Source: Leptogorgia sarmentosa (lineage: Eukaryota). From it: DNA of 64,000 nucleotides. This document shows, one piece after another, positions 26,409-38,003 of the stretch. The stretch spans positions 8,556,001-8,620,000 of the forward strand of contig OZ210885.1 of assembly GCA_964658305.1 (NCBI GenBank), read 5' to 3'. The notes under the pieces were generated by a model that did no database searches, had not been told where the DNA came from, and saw nothing but the letters and a program-made list of their open reading frames with translations. Both the position numbers and the translations under genes were made by a program. Every line of letters begins with the position of its first letter. The first letter of the stretch is position 1.

Positions 26409-27457
26409 CAACGTTTAACAGCCTACAGTGGCCGAGATTTTCATTTCTATGTTTGTTTTGATGTGAATTTCTGAAGCTCGGTCAGGCTGTTCATTCCGGG
26501 ATTGTAAGTATTTTGTTTCTACTATATTATATGCAAAGTAAACAAGTGTGGAAAATACACTCTTCACGTTCACTGTTAGGGCAGCGTCACCGTTTTTTTC
26601 GCATTAATTAATTCGTTCTGTCTTAGCTGGACGAACTACGGATTTTCTTGAGCATGCGCATTGCTCCGAGACCTTGTTCACACAAATTAGTTATGACCTC
26701 ATATATCACATGTTAATGTAGCTTTCAAACGGGAAACAAACAGGAACGAATCCATACGTTAAATGTCTGTTACGATTGGCGTTCGCACTGTCGAACAAAT
26801 ATTTGCCCGGTGTCCGGCACTATAGTATACGCTTAATCAAAAGTGTACGTATAGTATACGTACTGATAAAAAACATACACGTATAGTTGATCTAAAGCTT
26901 TCATGTAATAGCTGGTCAAAACAAGCAATTATAGCTCGTCGAAAATTTGCATGTATACATTTGCCCGTATACCTGGTTCTATCTTTTATGCTATACTTTC
27001 ATTATACTCGGAAAATAAAGACTCCATTTCTGTTTTTCATTTTTATAGACCCAGTCGTTTACTTCAACTTGGTTGCTCTCAGTTTCACATTATTCTATTT
27101 TCATATTTTTGTTAGGTTTATTACTTTAATTTTAGTTAGTTTAAATTCTTTCATATTCTGGCTTTTACATGCCCAGTTCACACGTCGAACTTTTCATGTA
27201 CAGCTAACCAAACGAGCCCAGATAAAAAAAACTTAGCTCATTAACATTCATATTCAGCACATGGAAGCTCAACAATGAAAAGTACGATGTCTAAACAAGG
27301 TCTTGGCTTTGGAAAATGTGCTTGCATGCAAAATTATGTTTGATCTCTTATTCTACTGAAATTAACAATTACATTACGCGTGCTTAGTGAGCCGATCGTT
27401 GATTCGAGCATCGGTCGCACTCATCATAAGAGCCTCGAGCTCGCGTGAACTAACTAA

Positions 27458-27573
27458 TAGACAGTTTTAGATCGGGGACGCGAACGTCAAAATGGCGTGG
27501 CATATCCATAGATGGACAAAGCACGCCATTTTAACGTCGTTTTTGACGTCCACGTTCTCGACCTAAAACTGTC
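27458..27573. mobile_element. Short palindromic MITE
   Basis: GACAGTTTTAG...CTAAAACTGTC, with internal AAAATGGCGT / ACGCCATTTT arms. Confidence 0.5.
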
Positions 27574-27740
27574 CGATCCAATACTTTGATTAGATTAATT
27601 CGTAGCTTCCTCTATATAAGCATGCTGATTTTTCAAGGCTTCACAATTCGCTCATGACCTAAAAGTATCAGGAAACAAAGCAGGCCCAGACAATATCTAG
27701 ATATTGCTCCATATATATGGATTTAAAATACTTATTTCCA

Positions 27741-27974
27741 CAGGGTGTCCAAAAAAAGTCCCCTCTATTGAAATCAGCTCTTCCGTTGTTAAACGTGCGT
27801 TGTTATGCCTTTGAGAATATAATTGAATGGTTCATGAACGACAGAAGTATTTATAACATCACGTGTTTGTGTTGCTGTTCGTCAGAAGCTAATTTAAATT
27901 TCCAGAGGTGCAATAACCCGAGATTTAACAACAGAGTGATTTCTATAGACGGGAATTTTTTGGGGGACACCCAG
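27741..27974. mobile_element. Tc1/mariner-like MITE
   Basis: CAGGGTGTCCAAAAAAAGTCCC ... GGGAATTTTTTGGGGGACACCCAG, followed by TA. Confidence 0.6.
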
Positions 27975-28163
27975 TATATCTCTGCAACAATATAATTTTA
28001 TTCAATAAAAAATTTAAACAATCAAGCTTTTGGACTAGCCTTAAATGTCGTTTAGTTTCAAGTATTTGTCGGACGCTATCTCTATTTTATTGCGTCAATG
28101 ATTTTGCTATCGGTAAAACTTTGTCCAAGACTATAAAGAGTAAGTAAGTTTTTCCAATGGATC

Positions 28164-28479
28164 CAGGGGCGAAACTTGCACCTTCTCAATGGGGGGGGGG
28201 GTTATGGGCAAAAATGCCCTGCAAGAAAATCGAATACCCTGCAAGATAACCAGGACCGTAGGTAATATTCCTAAATTGTTGGCGAGCGGGGGCAAAACTT
28301 TTCCGCGAGTAGGACAAACCAAAAAACGTTTCATGTACACTTTAATGGCTATTTAAAACTCTTGATAGTCAATTTTTTTCAAATCAATATATATTTATTT
28401 CGTCCCTCTTTGCCCTGCAAAGTTAAGCATTGTGGGGGTTACTAACCCCCCCTAACCCCCCTCTTAAATTTCGCCCCTG
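28164..28479. mobile_element. hAT MITE (316 bp)
   Basis: TIR CAGGGGCGAAA / TTTCGCCCCTG; perfect 8-bp TSD AATGGATC. Confidence 0.9.
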
Positions 28480-31333
28480 AATGGATCCATGTAACACTGA
28501 TCAGATTAATTCAAATATTCTACGATAAAATAGATTAATTTAAATATTCTACGATATTTTTATATTTTAAAATTATAATAGACCTTTGAATTGTTGCCAT
28601 GTCACTCACACCAGTGTCAAAACAATGAATCGCAATGCAATCTGGGAAACATGTTGGAATATTAAATTTAAAATCTGGGCTCAATCTGGGGAACATGTTG
28701 GAATATTAAATTTAAAGTATTCACATGCGTGGAAAGACCGTGTGATGTAAGAACTTCAAAGATCAATATATTAATCAATGAAAATATTATTACAATATTA
28801 TTATTAATAACAATTATCAGTTCCAGCTATATGTTCTTTGCATCAAATCCCAATATGTATGGAAGTCGAAGGTTTTAAAAAGGACCGATAGCGGTGATCA
28901 ATATGTTGGCAAATCTCTCATGTTAGACTGGGCATAATGTAGCTTTCTGCAACACTTTTCCCACAACATCTGCATGTTATTCTGAAAAGAAAACCGAGGG
29001 AACGTTTCTTTTCTTTGGTGTTAAGGTTCACTGAAGTGGGGTAATTTGAAAAGGTTCATGGACGTACGAGGCTGGTGATATATCCGCATTCAGATATTCA
29101 TCACATGCAGTGTTTTATTTTGGGAAGATATACTTAATATTTTGTAATAAAAATTCCTTCATGGTCAATTTGAAGAAATGTTAAACTGCTATGTTTGCCC
29201 AAGATTTTGCTCTGCTGAAATATTGAAAGGAAAAAATGTTGTTGGCCTTCAGCCAATTTTTTGTTGATTAGTACACATTTCGCTGAGATTATGAAACTTG
29301 GAAAAAATAGTCGTCTTGATTAATCCGTCAAAAAATATTAGTTAGATAATAAAAATTTTCTTGTGTTTTAATGCTATGATGTTCATCTTTGGTCAGTTAT
29401 TAGGGCATGGTACCACCAAGATAAAAAAATGTTTGTCAAAGTTACTGTTGCCATGGTTACCATGTTAATTACCCCCCAGTGGTGAAAAATTGACATATTT
29501 GTAAACATGATATCTGAAGAAGTATGAATGATAAAAACCTAAAATAACTTTTGTTTAATAGTATAGCACATGCTCTTGGGGATGAACTAGAACTATGGTG
29601 ATTGAGGCAAAAATAATTTTTTTACGGACAAAATATTGAAAATAGATATTATTGGTATGGTACAGAGTATCACAACTTTAATGTTATACTAGATATTTTG
29701 ATGATTCTAGTTCATCCCCAAGAGAATGCAACACAGAAGCTACACTGAAAGTTTGAATGAATAGGTTAAATACTTCTTGAGATATCCTGCACGCAATTGG
29801 ATTTTCGGTGTTTTGAGAAAAAGGCATTTAAAATTTTGACAAAGTTAAACGTTTAATAAATGCCTCATGATAACATGTTTGCATACAAAAATTATCCGTA
29901 CACAAATGGTAATGATTTGGTAAGACAAATGAGATCATTTAGTACAAGTAGTATTTACCAGACGGTACATTCATGTATATTTCACTTAATGTACATGATA
30001 TCATGTATTACATTCGGCTTTCAAATATCATGAATACTTTTTCCGCTGAAGTCCATGAGAGCATGTTTTTCATGAATTTTGCCTTCTCAAAGCTATTTCA
30101 CTTCCTTCATTACACTGTAGCAACGAATTCTCCTGAAAATCACCGGTAAATATTGGTCAAAAACGTTGAAGCGTATGCGGAAATTGACCAATATATTCAG
30201 TTTAGACACCGCCATTACAAAACCGTTGAAAAACGGTTGAATTCGGAATATTAAGTATATTTAAATTCAAACAACGACCGTAGTGTGACCGTAGTGCATT
30301 ATGGGTAGATGTAGAAAATTTGGCGAGCTGATGTGGCCGGTGGGCAGAAAGAGGGAATTAGACTCCCCCTATACTTGAGCACTACGTCTGCCAAACATAT
30401 CCGAACGCCAGAGCCTACTTAGACACATACAACTTACATGTCTGAAGTAAAATTGCAAATATTTTTGGTGCTTCAAGACGATTTAACAATCAGCCTCCCA
30501 AACCACACAAGCACGACCAATTGTCGCTCTTTTACGTGGCATTATATCACGACGATTCTTTGCGTGACAGGGATCGTGATCATGAGACTTTATGATGTCC
30601 TCACACAACTGCTTGAGGTTAAATCTTGGCGGTTTAGAGGTTCGTGCACGCTAGACATGCTTCGCGCACAAAACGAACACCTTTTAAACCGCCATCTTGG
30701 CTCTGGCAGCGAGAATGGCAACTAGTCACCAGTACTATGCCGCGCAGACACGACCTTCGGACCTCGAAAAATGTGAATAACTCGTTATTATGCACCAATA
30801 TTACAATAAAACATTTTGGAAAAGATGAAGGTTTGTTCAAAGATAATAATGCCGTTACTTTTGAAAATTTGAAAACTTTGTATACGACCGCCCATTGACG
30901 TCACAGGCGCGGATCCAGACGGTGACGAAGGTGGCTCGAGCATCGGTCAGATTTTTCTTTCTCAAGAATTCCCGAGATTAACCGTTTTTGATAGTAGAAA
31001 AAATATTCTACGCGATTCTAATAATTGTATGTTAATTATTTGGCAGCAGCAAAAATAGGTCTATGGGAAGCAATTCAATCAAATACTGATTTCCTAATTA
31101 TTCTTATGGACTCGTGTTCACAAGAAGGAAAAACGTCCAAAATACTTCCTTCTTCAATAGTATAATCATTAATATGTATACGTTGAATTGTATGCTTTAT
31201 ACGCAGGCAAGTTTATGAAAAGATCGGGTGCTTAGGAATCATTCAATGAGCAAACCCAGACTAAAATTTATCAGTGGAAATAATGCTGTTGATACAGATT
31301 AGAAAGACTGCGCCGTACGGAGTGACATGCGAT

Positions 31334-31390
31334 CGTGGTCGGCCGGATTTGAACCTGCGCGGGAATTTCCTAACAGATTTCCACGACTAC
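31334..31390 (-). pseudogene. tRNA-Ser pseudogene with internal deletion
   Basis: Reverse-complement match to the Ser(AGA) gene at 37538; the D-arm and 5' half of the anticodon arm are missing. Confidence 0.7.
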
Positions 31391-31737
31391 GTTGGCATTG
31401 CTATGTATTTCGACATGAATAAATCAAGAATTTTGAATATTTCAAGTTTATGGGTGTGACAACACCGACCTCTCAATCTGCAGTCGAATTAACTGTTAAC
31501 CTAGGTCAATTACCTACATATACCTTCACGGAAAGTATCAATTTTTTTATTGCCTCTGGTTTGTCAATTTTGCATTTAAATACAAACTCGTTCACGGCAT
31601 GTGTCATCACGTGACTTCTTTCCGTCGACAACAGAATCTCCTCTCATCGAGTTGCAACGCCTGAGACATTACATATTAATCCAATATTTTTCTTCGTCAG
31701 TACAAAGTACATTAGAAAACATTTTGTTACCACCAAT

Positions 31738-31809
31738 GGCTTGCTGGTCTAGTGGTATGATTCTCGCTTAGGGTGCGAGAGGTCACGGGTTCGATTCCCG
31801 TGCAAGCCC
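31738..31809 (+). tRNA. tRNA-Pro(AGG)
   Basis: 72-nt cloverleaf GGCTTGC...GCAAGCC, loop TTAGGGT, intact A and B boxes. Confidence 0.93.
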
Positions 31810-31930
31810 TAGTTAATTAACCAAGTAAGACGTTCGGTTTTTTGAAAGCTTCCGTAATCCTTAGAAAACCTCGCCCAAAAAAATTCGGTTACATTTACCG
31901 TCACGACGTCTGAATAACATCACACCAATA

Positions 31931-32004
31931 CGTCCCTGGTTGGATTCGAACCAACAACCTTTCGGTTAACAGCCGATCGCGCTAACCGATTGCGCCACAG
32001 AGAC
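31931..32004 (-). tRNA. tRNA-Asn(GTT)
   Basis: Reverse complement reads GTCTCTGTGGCGCAATCGGTTAGCGCG...CTGTTAA...GGTTCGAATCC...GGGACG. Confidence 0.92.
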
Positions 32005-32475
32005 TGACTCCATTGAAAACCTTCCGAAAAGAAATATAAAAATAATGTATATTATTTTAGTACGTTGCTACAACCAACCGCTTTCACGTTGTTCATTAAT
32101 GAACATTCACATCCATCTACAACTGACCTACACACTCTCAGCGCTACACTCTGAAGAATAGAAACTTTCTATTTTGAGGTCTTTGCAAAACTCACTCGTG
32201 CAAGTTAATTCCAAATTCCACTCGAAACCATTCTATTAGCAATACTTATTTGCTATTGCATTGGTTTATAAATTTTTGATTTTTACTCTTTATAATTTTA
32301 TTGGGAATATGAACTTTTAACAGAATATCCCTTTAGGAATTAATTTTACAAGCTCCCCTTCGCATTAATTTCGCTCTTGGATCAATTTGTTTCAATTAAC
32401 TCTGGATTAAAAAAGGAAGGCGGAAGAGAAAGGTAATAAAATTCGCAGCATTTTAAAATATTCAAATGTCAAAAT

Positions 32476-32547
32476 AGGTTCTGCCGAGACTTGAACTCAG
32501 ATCGCTGGATTCAAAGTCCAAAGTGCTAACCATTACACCACAGAACC
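32476..32547 (-). tRNA. tRNA-Gln(TTG), one T-stem mismatch
   Basis: Reverse complement reads GGTTCTGTGGTGTAATGGTTAGCAC...CTTTGAA...GAACCT. Confidence 0.8.
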
Positions 32548-32675
32548 TTAACACAATCTTGACAAAGTTTCCCAATTCTTTAACGTTTCTTCCTTTGTTG
32601 TACAGCAAAAGGAACACTCTTCAATGGCGGACGTGGATATTTACTGAACACGAATCATGTATCCAACCTGTTAAA

Positions 32676-32757
32676 AGTAGCGTGGCCGAGTGGTCTAAGG
32701 CGCTGGTCTCAAGCACCAGTCATTTCGATGACGTGGGTTCCAATCCCACCGCTGCCA
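32676..32757 (+). tRNA. tRNA-Leu with CAA anticodon on a Leu(TAG)-type body, likely pseudogene
   Basis: Paralog of 33392; loop CTCAAGC, G1>A change, T-loop GTTCCAAT. Confidence 0.65.
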
Positions 32758-33196
32758 ATTTTTCGTTGTTCATGGCTGTATTCGTTTATTGAGCTGGTAT
32801 AAGTTTTGCAAGCTGAAGCCTTTGAACCAAATATGGAAAAACTCGTAATTATATCCATGATAGAACAAGAGTAAAATTAATTTAGTGATATTTTATGATA
32901 TCATCCTCCTTTGCCCAATTGATTCCCACAAACTATTTCATGATGGACAGACTTTTTGCATTGGTTTCCAAATTCTTGATTATTTTTCAATCGTTTCTAA
33001 TTTCCTTGGTTAAAGAACTTCTATAACACAGCCCACAGGATCGCTTTTGTAACTAAAATAAGAAATTCACCTTCGCACCAATTGTTCTTCCTCGATTATT
33101 TTTTCCAACTCAATATGACACGCAAAATGGACAGTGCAAGAGAAATGTAATATAATTCACCACCTTATACAATGTTTTAATTCGTCTGTTCGATCT

Positions 33197-33268
33197 AGGC
33201 TCTGCCGAGACTTGAACTCGGATCGCTGGATTCAAAGTCCAAAGTGCTAACCATTACACCACAGAACC
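33197..33268 (-). tRNA. tRNA-Gln(TTG)
   Basis: Second copy of the Gln gene, loop CTTTGAA. Confidence 0.85.
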
Positions 33269-33391
33269 TTAAGGGGTTGATGTCAAAGTTCCGAATTGTT
33301 CAACGTTTGTTCCTTTCTTTGATATCGAAAGGCATCTCTTTAAACGAGGTGGATGTTTCCTAAAGGGAAATTATATTGTCTGCAGGTCACA

Positions 33392-33473
33392 GGTAGCGTG
33401 GCTGAGTGGTCGAAGGCGCTGGTTTTAGGCACCAGTCATTTCGATGACGTGGGTTCGAATCCTACCGCTTCCA
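33392..33473 (+). tRNA. tRNA-Leu(TAG)
   Basis: 82 nt with long variable arm, loop TTTAGGC, B box GGTTCGAATCC; one acceptor-stem mismatch. Confidence 0.8.
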
Positions 33474-33672
33474 AATTTTCATTGTTCATGGCTAGATTCA
33501 CTAACGATTCACTATTCGTTCATAATTTAACCCGCAACCGAAGGAAAGTAAAATGAATATTTTCTAATTTCACCCTCGTTTCGTGCTGACACGATTAATA
33601 AAGATCTAATTCCAGCACAGTAAAACTATATTCGCGATAGCCTGGAAAACCTTCGAAATCATGAATAATTAT

Positions 33673-34047
33673 CAGTTATCGACCTGGAACGAGGGGTATT
33701 CCACAAAAAAATACCCTGAGGAATGAAATATTCCGAGGGCGCAGCCCGAGGAATATTTCATTCCGAGGGGTATTTTTTTGTGGAATACCCCGAGTGAAAG
33801 GTCGATAACAGATATATTATACCGAAAATTTTTCATCTTCGACACATTCTGTGTTTTGTCGGCCATGTTGCCAAGGAAATTGCCCGCAAAACAGGCCAGG
33901 CAGGAGGTCAAAGTCCAAGTAGAGGGGAATATAAAGTGGAATTACCCTCCCAAGGTCAAATCGAGGGAAATACCGTAAAAAATCACACTATCACGTGGTA
34001 CAAATGCTGTTTTTTCATTGGACAATTTGAATTTGAGGTATAATATT
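33673..34047 (+). mobile_element. Hairpin-plus-tail repeat (Crypton-like) inserted in the tRNA cluster
   Basis: ~140-bp hairpin at 33673-33811 with a GCA triloop and three GA/GA mismatches; tail bounded by ATTATACC / GGTATATAAT. Confidence 0.65.
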
Positions 34048-34306
34048 GGCAAAAAACATTTGATCGGGGAAAGAGTTTTTCCATTAGTTTTTAAATTCTT
34101 GATTTTCACTCCTTTATAACTTTATTGGTTAAAAGAGCTTTTAACGCAGTATCCTTTTGTAATTAAAATAACTAGTTCGTTTTCGCTTTCATTTTGTTCT
34201 TGGATCAATTTCTGTCAATTAACTCCGAATTGGAAAATGGACGGTGAAAGAGAATGGTAATAAAATTGGTGACCTTAAAATAACCTTTAAATCTCCTGTC
34301 CAATAT

Positions 34307-34378
34307 AGGTTCTGCCGAGACTTGAACTCGGATCGCTGGATTCAGAGTCCAAAGTGCTAACCATTACACCACAGAACC
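34307..34378 (-). tRNA. tRNA-Gln(CTG)
   Basis: Third Gln copy, loop CTCTGAA. Confidence 0.88.
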
Positions 34379-34511
34379 TTAACACGATGCTTGGTTAAAA
34401 TGTTTCCCCATTTTTTAACATTTTTTGTTTCTTTCACACCCAAAGGCATCTCTTCAAAAGTCGTGGACATTTAATAAAGGGAAATCATTTAACAGATACG
34501 TTTAAGGTTAA

Positions 34512-34592
34512 GATGGTGTGCCCGAGTCGCCTAATGCGCTGGTTTTAGGCACCAGTCATTTCGATGACGTGGGTTCGAATCCCACCGCTGCA
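34512..34592 (+). pseudogene. tRNA-Leu(TAG) pseudogene
   Basis: 3' half near-identical to the other Leu copies; acceptor stem and D-arm heavily mutated. Confidence 0.8.
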
Positions 34593-34971
34593 AAATCTTC
34601 GTTGTTCAAGGACGTTGTGGTTTATTGAGCTGATATAAGTTTCAAAAAGTGATGCTTCTTATCCACATTTTGTGAAAACTTGTAATTTTATACAGGAAAA
34701 AAGAAAGAGTAAAAATGATTTTTTCTGATATCACCCTCTTTTGGTCGAAAATATTTGATAGCCACCAACTATTTGATCATGGACAGAGTTTTGCATTGTA
34801 TTCTAAATTCTTGATCATTCTTCGCTGTTTTATAATTTTATTCCCCGCTAACTCAGAATATTTTCATTATTTTGCATTTCAATTTTAATTGCAACACGAG
34901 AAAAAGAGAAAGAGATTGTGTTCACATTCTCAAACTCATTCTACGAAAGCAAACGAGTTCAACACAGCCAC

Positions 34972-35044
34972 GACCTTGTGGCGCAATTGGTAGCGCGTCT
35001 GACTCAAGATGAGAAGGTTAAGTGTTCAATTCACTTCAAGGTCA
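34972..35044 (+). pseudogene. tRNA-Trp-derived gene with anticodon mutated to CAA
   Basis: Trp-type body GACCTTGTGGCGCAA...GGTCA, loop CTCAAGA, anticodon-stem mismatch. The partial paralog at 36820-36862 keeps CCA. Confidence 0.75.
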
Positions 35045-35564
35045 AGCACTTCTGGCCGCAGAAATTTTGGGATCACTTTAAGGCTTGGTTACCAAGCACT
35101 AATCTAGATTTTTCACTTGACACACTTTATCGTTGAGAATATTATATGCGCAATTCTGACTCTAAACACAAAATATTGTCTTTTCTTTTGTTTTTCTAAT
35201 CCAGACCCAAACACAATTTCTGACCCTAACAACAAAATGTTGAGAAAAAAAACAAAATGAAAAAAAATAAACAAAGTTACAAAAAGCCAACACGCGAGAA
35301 TCGAACCTGCGGGGGCGCTGCTGACGAGTGGGGAACAGAACCTCTGAGCCAACGAGGCGCTACAAAATTGCCGGTAAAAACCTTTTGTATGAATAGATTT
35401 TGCAATACAACATGTAAAATACGCGCGGTTACTAAGTATCCCAAAGAAAGTGATCCCAAAATAATTTTCTGCCTTCTTGCCACGCTGTGTCTCGAAATTT
35501 TCTTCCAATTTCAAATTAAAAATATTATCGTTATTTTCACATTCCAAGAAAAGATAAATGTTTC

Positions 35565-35636
35565 TCCCATGTTGTCCAGTGGTCAGGATCTGGCTCTCTC
35601 ACCGCCAAGGCCTAGGTTCGATTCCCGGCAAGGGAA
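35565..35636 (+). pseudogene. tRNA-Glu(CTC), degenerate copy
   Basis: Paralog of 36956 with mismatches in several stems. Confidence 0.75.
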
Positions 35637-35917
35637 TAATACTTGCGACAGAAGGAAAAAATTATGGAATTCGAGATATTAACAAAACTATTGTTATTAT
35701 ACTAGCTCTATCCCTCTTACCCATTCTTTTGGTGTTTTCTGTATTTAAGTCTTTGTTGACATGATCTTGCTTTTCCACAAAAAATGATTTTGCTGATCAT
35801 GTTTAAAGTGTAACAATTTCCTAGAACTTACTCTGATTTATTATTCGAAGTTGTTTAGTGAAAATGTTCGGCATCTTGTGGAATATGAACATTATAACGA
35901 AAGAATTGAGCAACTTT

Positions 35918-35963
35918 GCGTTGGTGGTTCCTCGCCTGCCACGCGGGAGACCGGAGTTCGATT
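35918..35963 (+). pseudogene. tRNA-Gly(GCC) fragment
   Basis: GCGTTGGTGGTTC...CGCCTGCCACGCGGGAGACCGG.GTTCGATT with the D-loop deleted. Confidence 0.7.
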
Positions 35964-35995
35964 TTGTAGCACAGGAATAGTGAACAAGTTATCAC

Positions 35996-36055
35996 TCCCA
36001 TGTTTTTGGGGTTAGGATCTGGCGTTTTCACCGCCATGGGCCGGGGCCAATTCCC
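35996..36055 (+). pseudogene. tRNA-Glu(TTC) degenerate fragment
   Basis: TCCCATG...GGTTAGGATCTGGCGTTTTCACCGCCA resembles the Glu copies. Confidence 0.65.
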
Positions 36056-36193
36056 GTATTATCACGTGTTTTTATGAAATAAATTCACTCCAAAAATTTT
36101 GTTTCGGGTCACACTTCTCATACAATCATGAGAGTTAAGTACATACCTTGTAACCAATTACAAAAAAGGAAATGGATGAACACTTATTCACAA

Positions 36194-36266
36194 AGCCTCA
36201 TCAGAGAATTGAACTCTGGACCCCTGGTTTACGAAACCAGTGCTCTAACCCCTGAGCTAATGAGGC
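36194..36266 (-). tRNA. tRNA-Thr(CGT)
   Basis: Reverse complement GCCTCATTAGCTCAGGGGTTAGAGCACTGGTTTCGTAAACCAGGGGTCCAGAGTTCAATTCTCTGATGAGGCT. Confidence 0.85.
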
Positions 36267-36416
36267 GACATGCTAAAATCTTCATAGCATGTTTTTTCCA
36301 ACATAGTACTCTTTCAATAGCTTTTTTATTTCATCAGTTTTAACTCACTGAACAGCACATGGAATACAATCTGGGCGTTTGTCTTCTACGTCCTTCAGTG
36401 TTTTCGAAGAAAATAA

Positions 36417-36489
36417 AGCCTCATCAGAGATTTGAACTCTGGACCCCTGGTTTACAAGACCAGTGCTCTAACCCCTGAGCTAATGAGGC
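36417..36489 (-). tRNA. tRNA-Thr(TGT)
   Basis: Intact cloverleaf, loop CTTGTAA. Confidence 0.92.
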
Positions 36490-36729
36490 AACTCAAAAGC
36501 TTGCTGTAGAATTATATTACTTTCCCATCCTGCACTGATGTGATGTTTCAACATGGTAAAAAAAAGAGTGAAGATTATGCACTTGTTTTCATTCTTTGTA
36601 AAACGTTACTATTTAGTCTTTGATTGATTTATAAAATCGAATATATTTCAAGCTAGTAAGCGGTACTCTGAGTTCCACTTTAAGATTATTTCGCATTCTC
36701 AAAACTAACTTTCTGATAACGATTCTTTG

Positions 36730-36802
36730 AGCCTCATCAGATATTTGAACTCTGGACCCCTGGTTTACAAGACCAGTGCTCTAACCACTGAGCTAATGAG
36801 GC
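36730..36802 (-). tRNA. tRNA-Thr(TGT), one T-stem mismatch
   Basis: Third Thr copy, loop CTTGTAA. Confidence 0.78.
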
Positions 36803-36819
36803 AAATTCTTCCCTTCTAA

Positions 36820-36862
36820 ACTCCAGATCAGAAGGTTGAGTGTTCAATTCACTTCAAGGTCA
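36820..36862 (+). pseudogene. tRNA-Trp(CCA) 3' half
   Basis: ACTCCAGATCAGAAGGTTGAGTGTTCAATTCACTTCAAGGTCA; the 5' half is missing. Confidence 0.7.
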
Positions 36863-36955
36863 AGCACTTCTGGCCACGCTGTCTCTCGAAATTTACCAAA
36901 TTCAAATTAAAAATATTACCGTTATTTTCACATTCCGAGAAAAGATAAATGTTTC

Positions 36956-37027
36956 TCCCATGTGGTTCAGTGGTTAGGATCTGGCGCTCTCACCGCTAAG
37001 GCCCGGGTTCGATTCCCGGCATGGGAA
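36956..37027 (+). tRNA. tRNA-Glu(CTC)
   Basis: TCCCATG...CATGGGA acceptor stem, loop CTCTCAC, B box GGTTCGATTCC. Confidence 0.88.
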
Positions 37028-37320
37028 TAATACTTGCGAGAGAAGGAAAAAAATATGCAATTCGAGAAATTATCAAAACCATTGCCATTATACTAGCTCT
37101 ATCCCTCTCACCCACTCATTTGGTGTTTTCTGTATTTAAGCCCTTGTTGACATGATATAGCTTGCTTTTCCACACAAAAAATAGATTTTACTGATCATAT
37201 TTAAAGTGTAACAATTTCCTAAAACATACTCTTATCTATCATTTGAAAGTGTTTGGTCAAAATGATGGGCATCTTGAATTGTGGAATATGAACATTATAA
37301 CGAAAAAGTTGGGCAACTTT

Positions 37321-37401
37321 GCGTTGGTGGTTCAGTGGTAGAATTATCGCCTGCCACGCCCTGCCACGCGGGAGACCGGGGTTCGATTCCCCGCTAACAC
37401 A
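37321..37401 (+). pseudogene. tRNA-Gly(GCC) with a 10-bp duplication across the anticodon loop
   Basis: CCTGCCACGC occurs twice in tandem; acceptor-stem mismatch. Confidence 0.75.
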
Positions 37402-37537
37402 GATTATTTTCATTTTTTCATCCATTTTATTCCCAAGCAACCTTGGGCCTACGTCCCACGCGGTCACCTCAGAGTATAGGTCAGTTGTAGATGTGAATGT
37501 TTAGTTGAACAACGCGAAACCTGTTGGTTGTGGCAAC

Positions 37538-37619
37538 GTAGTCGTGGCCGAGCGGTTAAGGCGGCAGACTAGAAATCTGTTGGGAGTTTCCCGCCCAGGT
37601 TCAAATCCTGCCGACTACG
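37538..37619 (+). tRNA. tRNA-Ser(AGA)
   Basis: 82 nt GTAGTCG...CGACTACG, loop CTAGAAA, long variable arm. Confidence 0.9.
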
Positions 37620-37881
37620 TTATGCAAAGTCTTCAACACTTTGGCCTCAATATGTAAACATGATTTTTTGGGGGAAAAACTCGAGGAGAGGAAGTTCTGT
37701 TCTCGGTGGTGGCGGATGAGTGTTTAAAGTGACAGATTCAATGTACAAGTTTTCCATCCACAAATTCAACGGAAAGATGTCGCGTTTTTTATTGTATTAA
37801 GGTTATGAAACATGCCAAGAAAAATTTTGTATTTGAATATAAAATAGAAACTAGGGATCCAAGGATAGTGCAAAGTTTCTA

Positions 37882-38003
37882 AGGCCTAGGTCGAACGTCG
37901 AACTTTTCATGCGCTGAACCTAATGCAAATGAGCTCAAACAAAGAACTTGGCTCATTAACATTAGGTTCGGCACATGAAAAGTTCGACGTTTGACCTAGG
38001 CCT
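37882..38003. mobile_element. Palindromic MITE with ~50-bp TIRs
   Basis: AGGCCTAGGTCGAACGTCGAACTTTTCATG... / ...CATGAAAAGTTCGACGTTTGACCTAGGCCT, flanked by TA. A degenerate relative lies at ~27170-27305. Confidence 0.8.

Noticed and set aside
29020..30900. Possible Kolobok or THAP transposon remnant
   Set aside because: I could not establish matching termini, a TSD or a convincing protein motif.
35287..35360. Additional minus-strand tRNA gene
   Set aside because: It has A/B-box-like motifs but no proper anticodon arm; at most a tRNA-derived SINE head. The same applies at ~40115 and ~61420.
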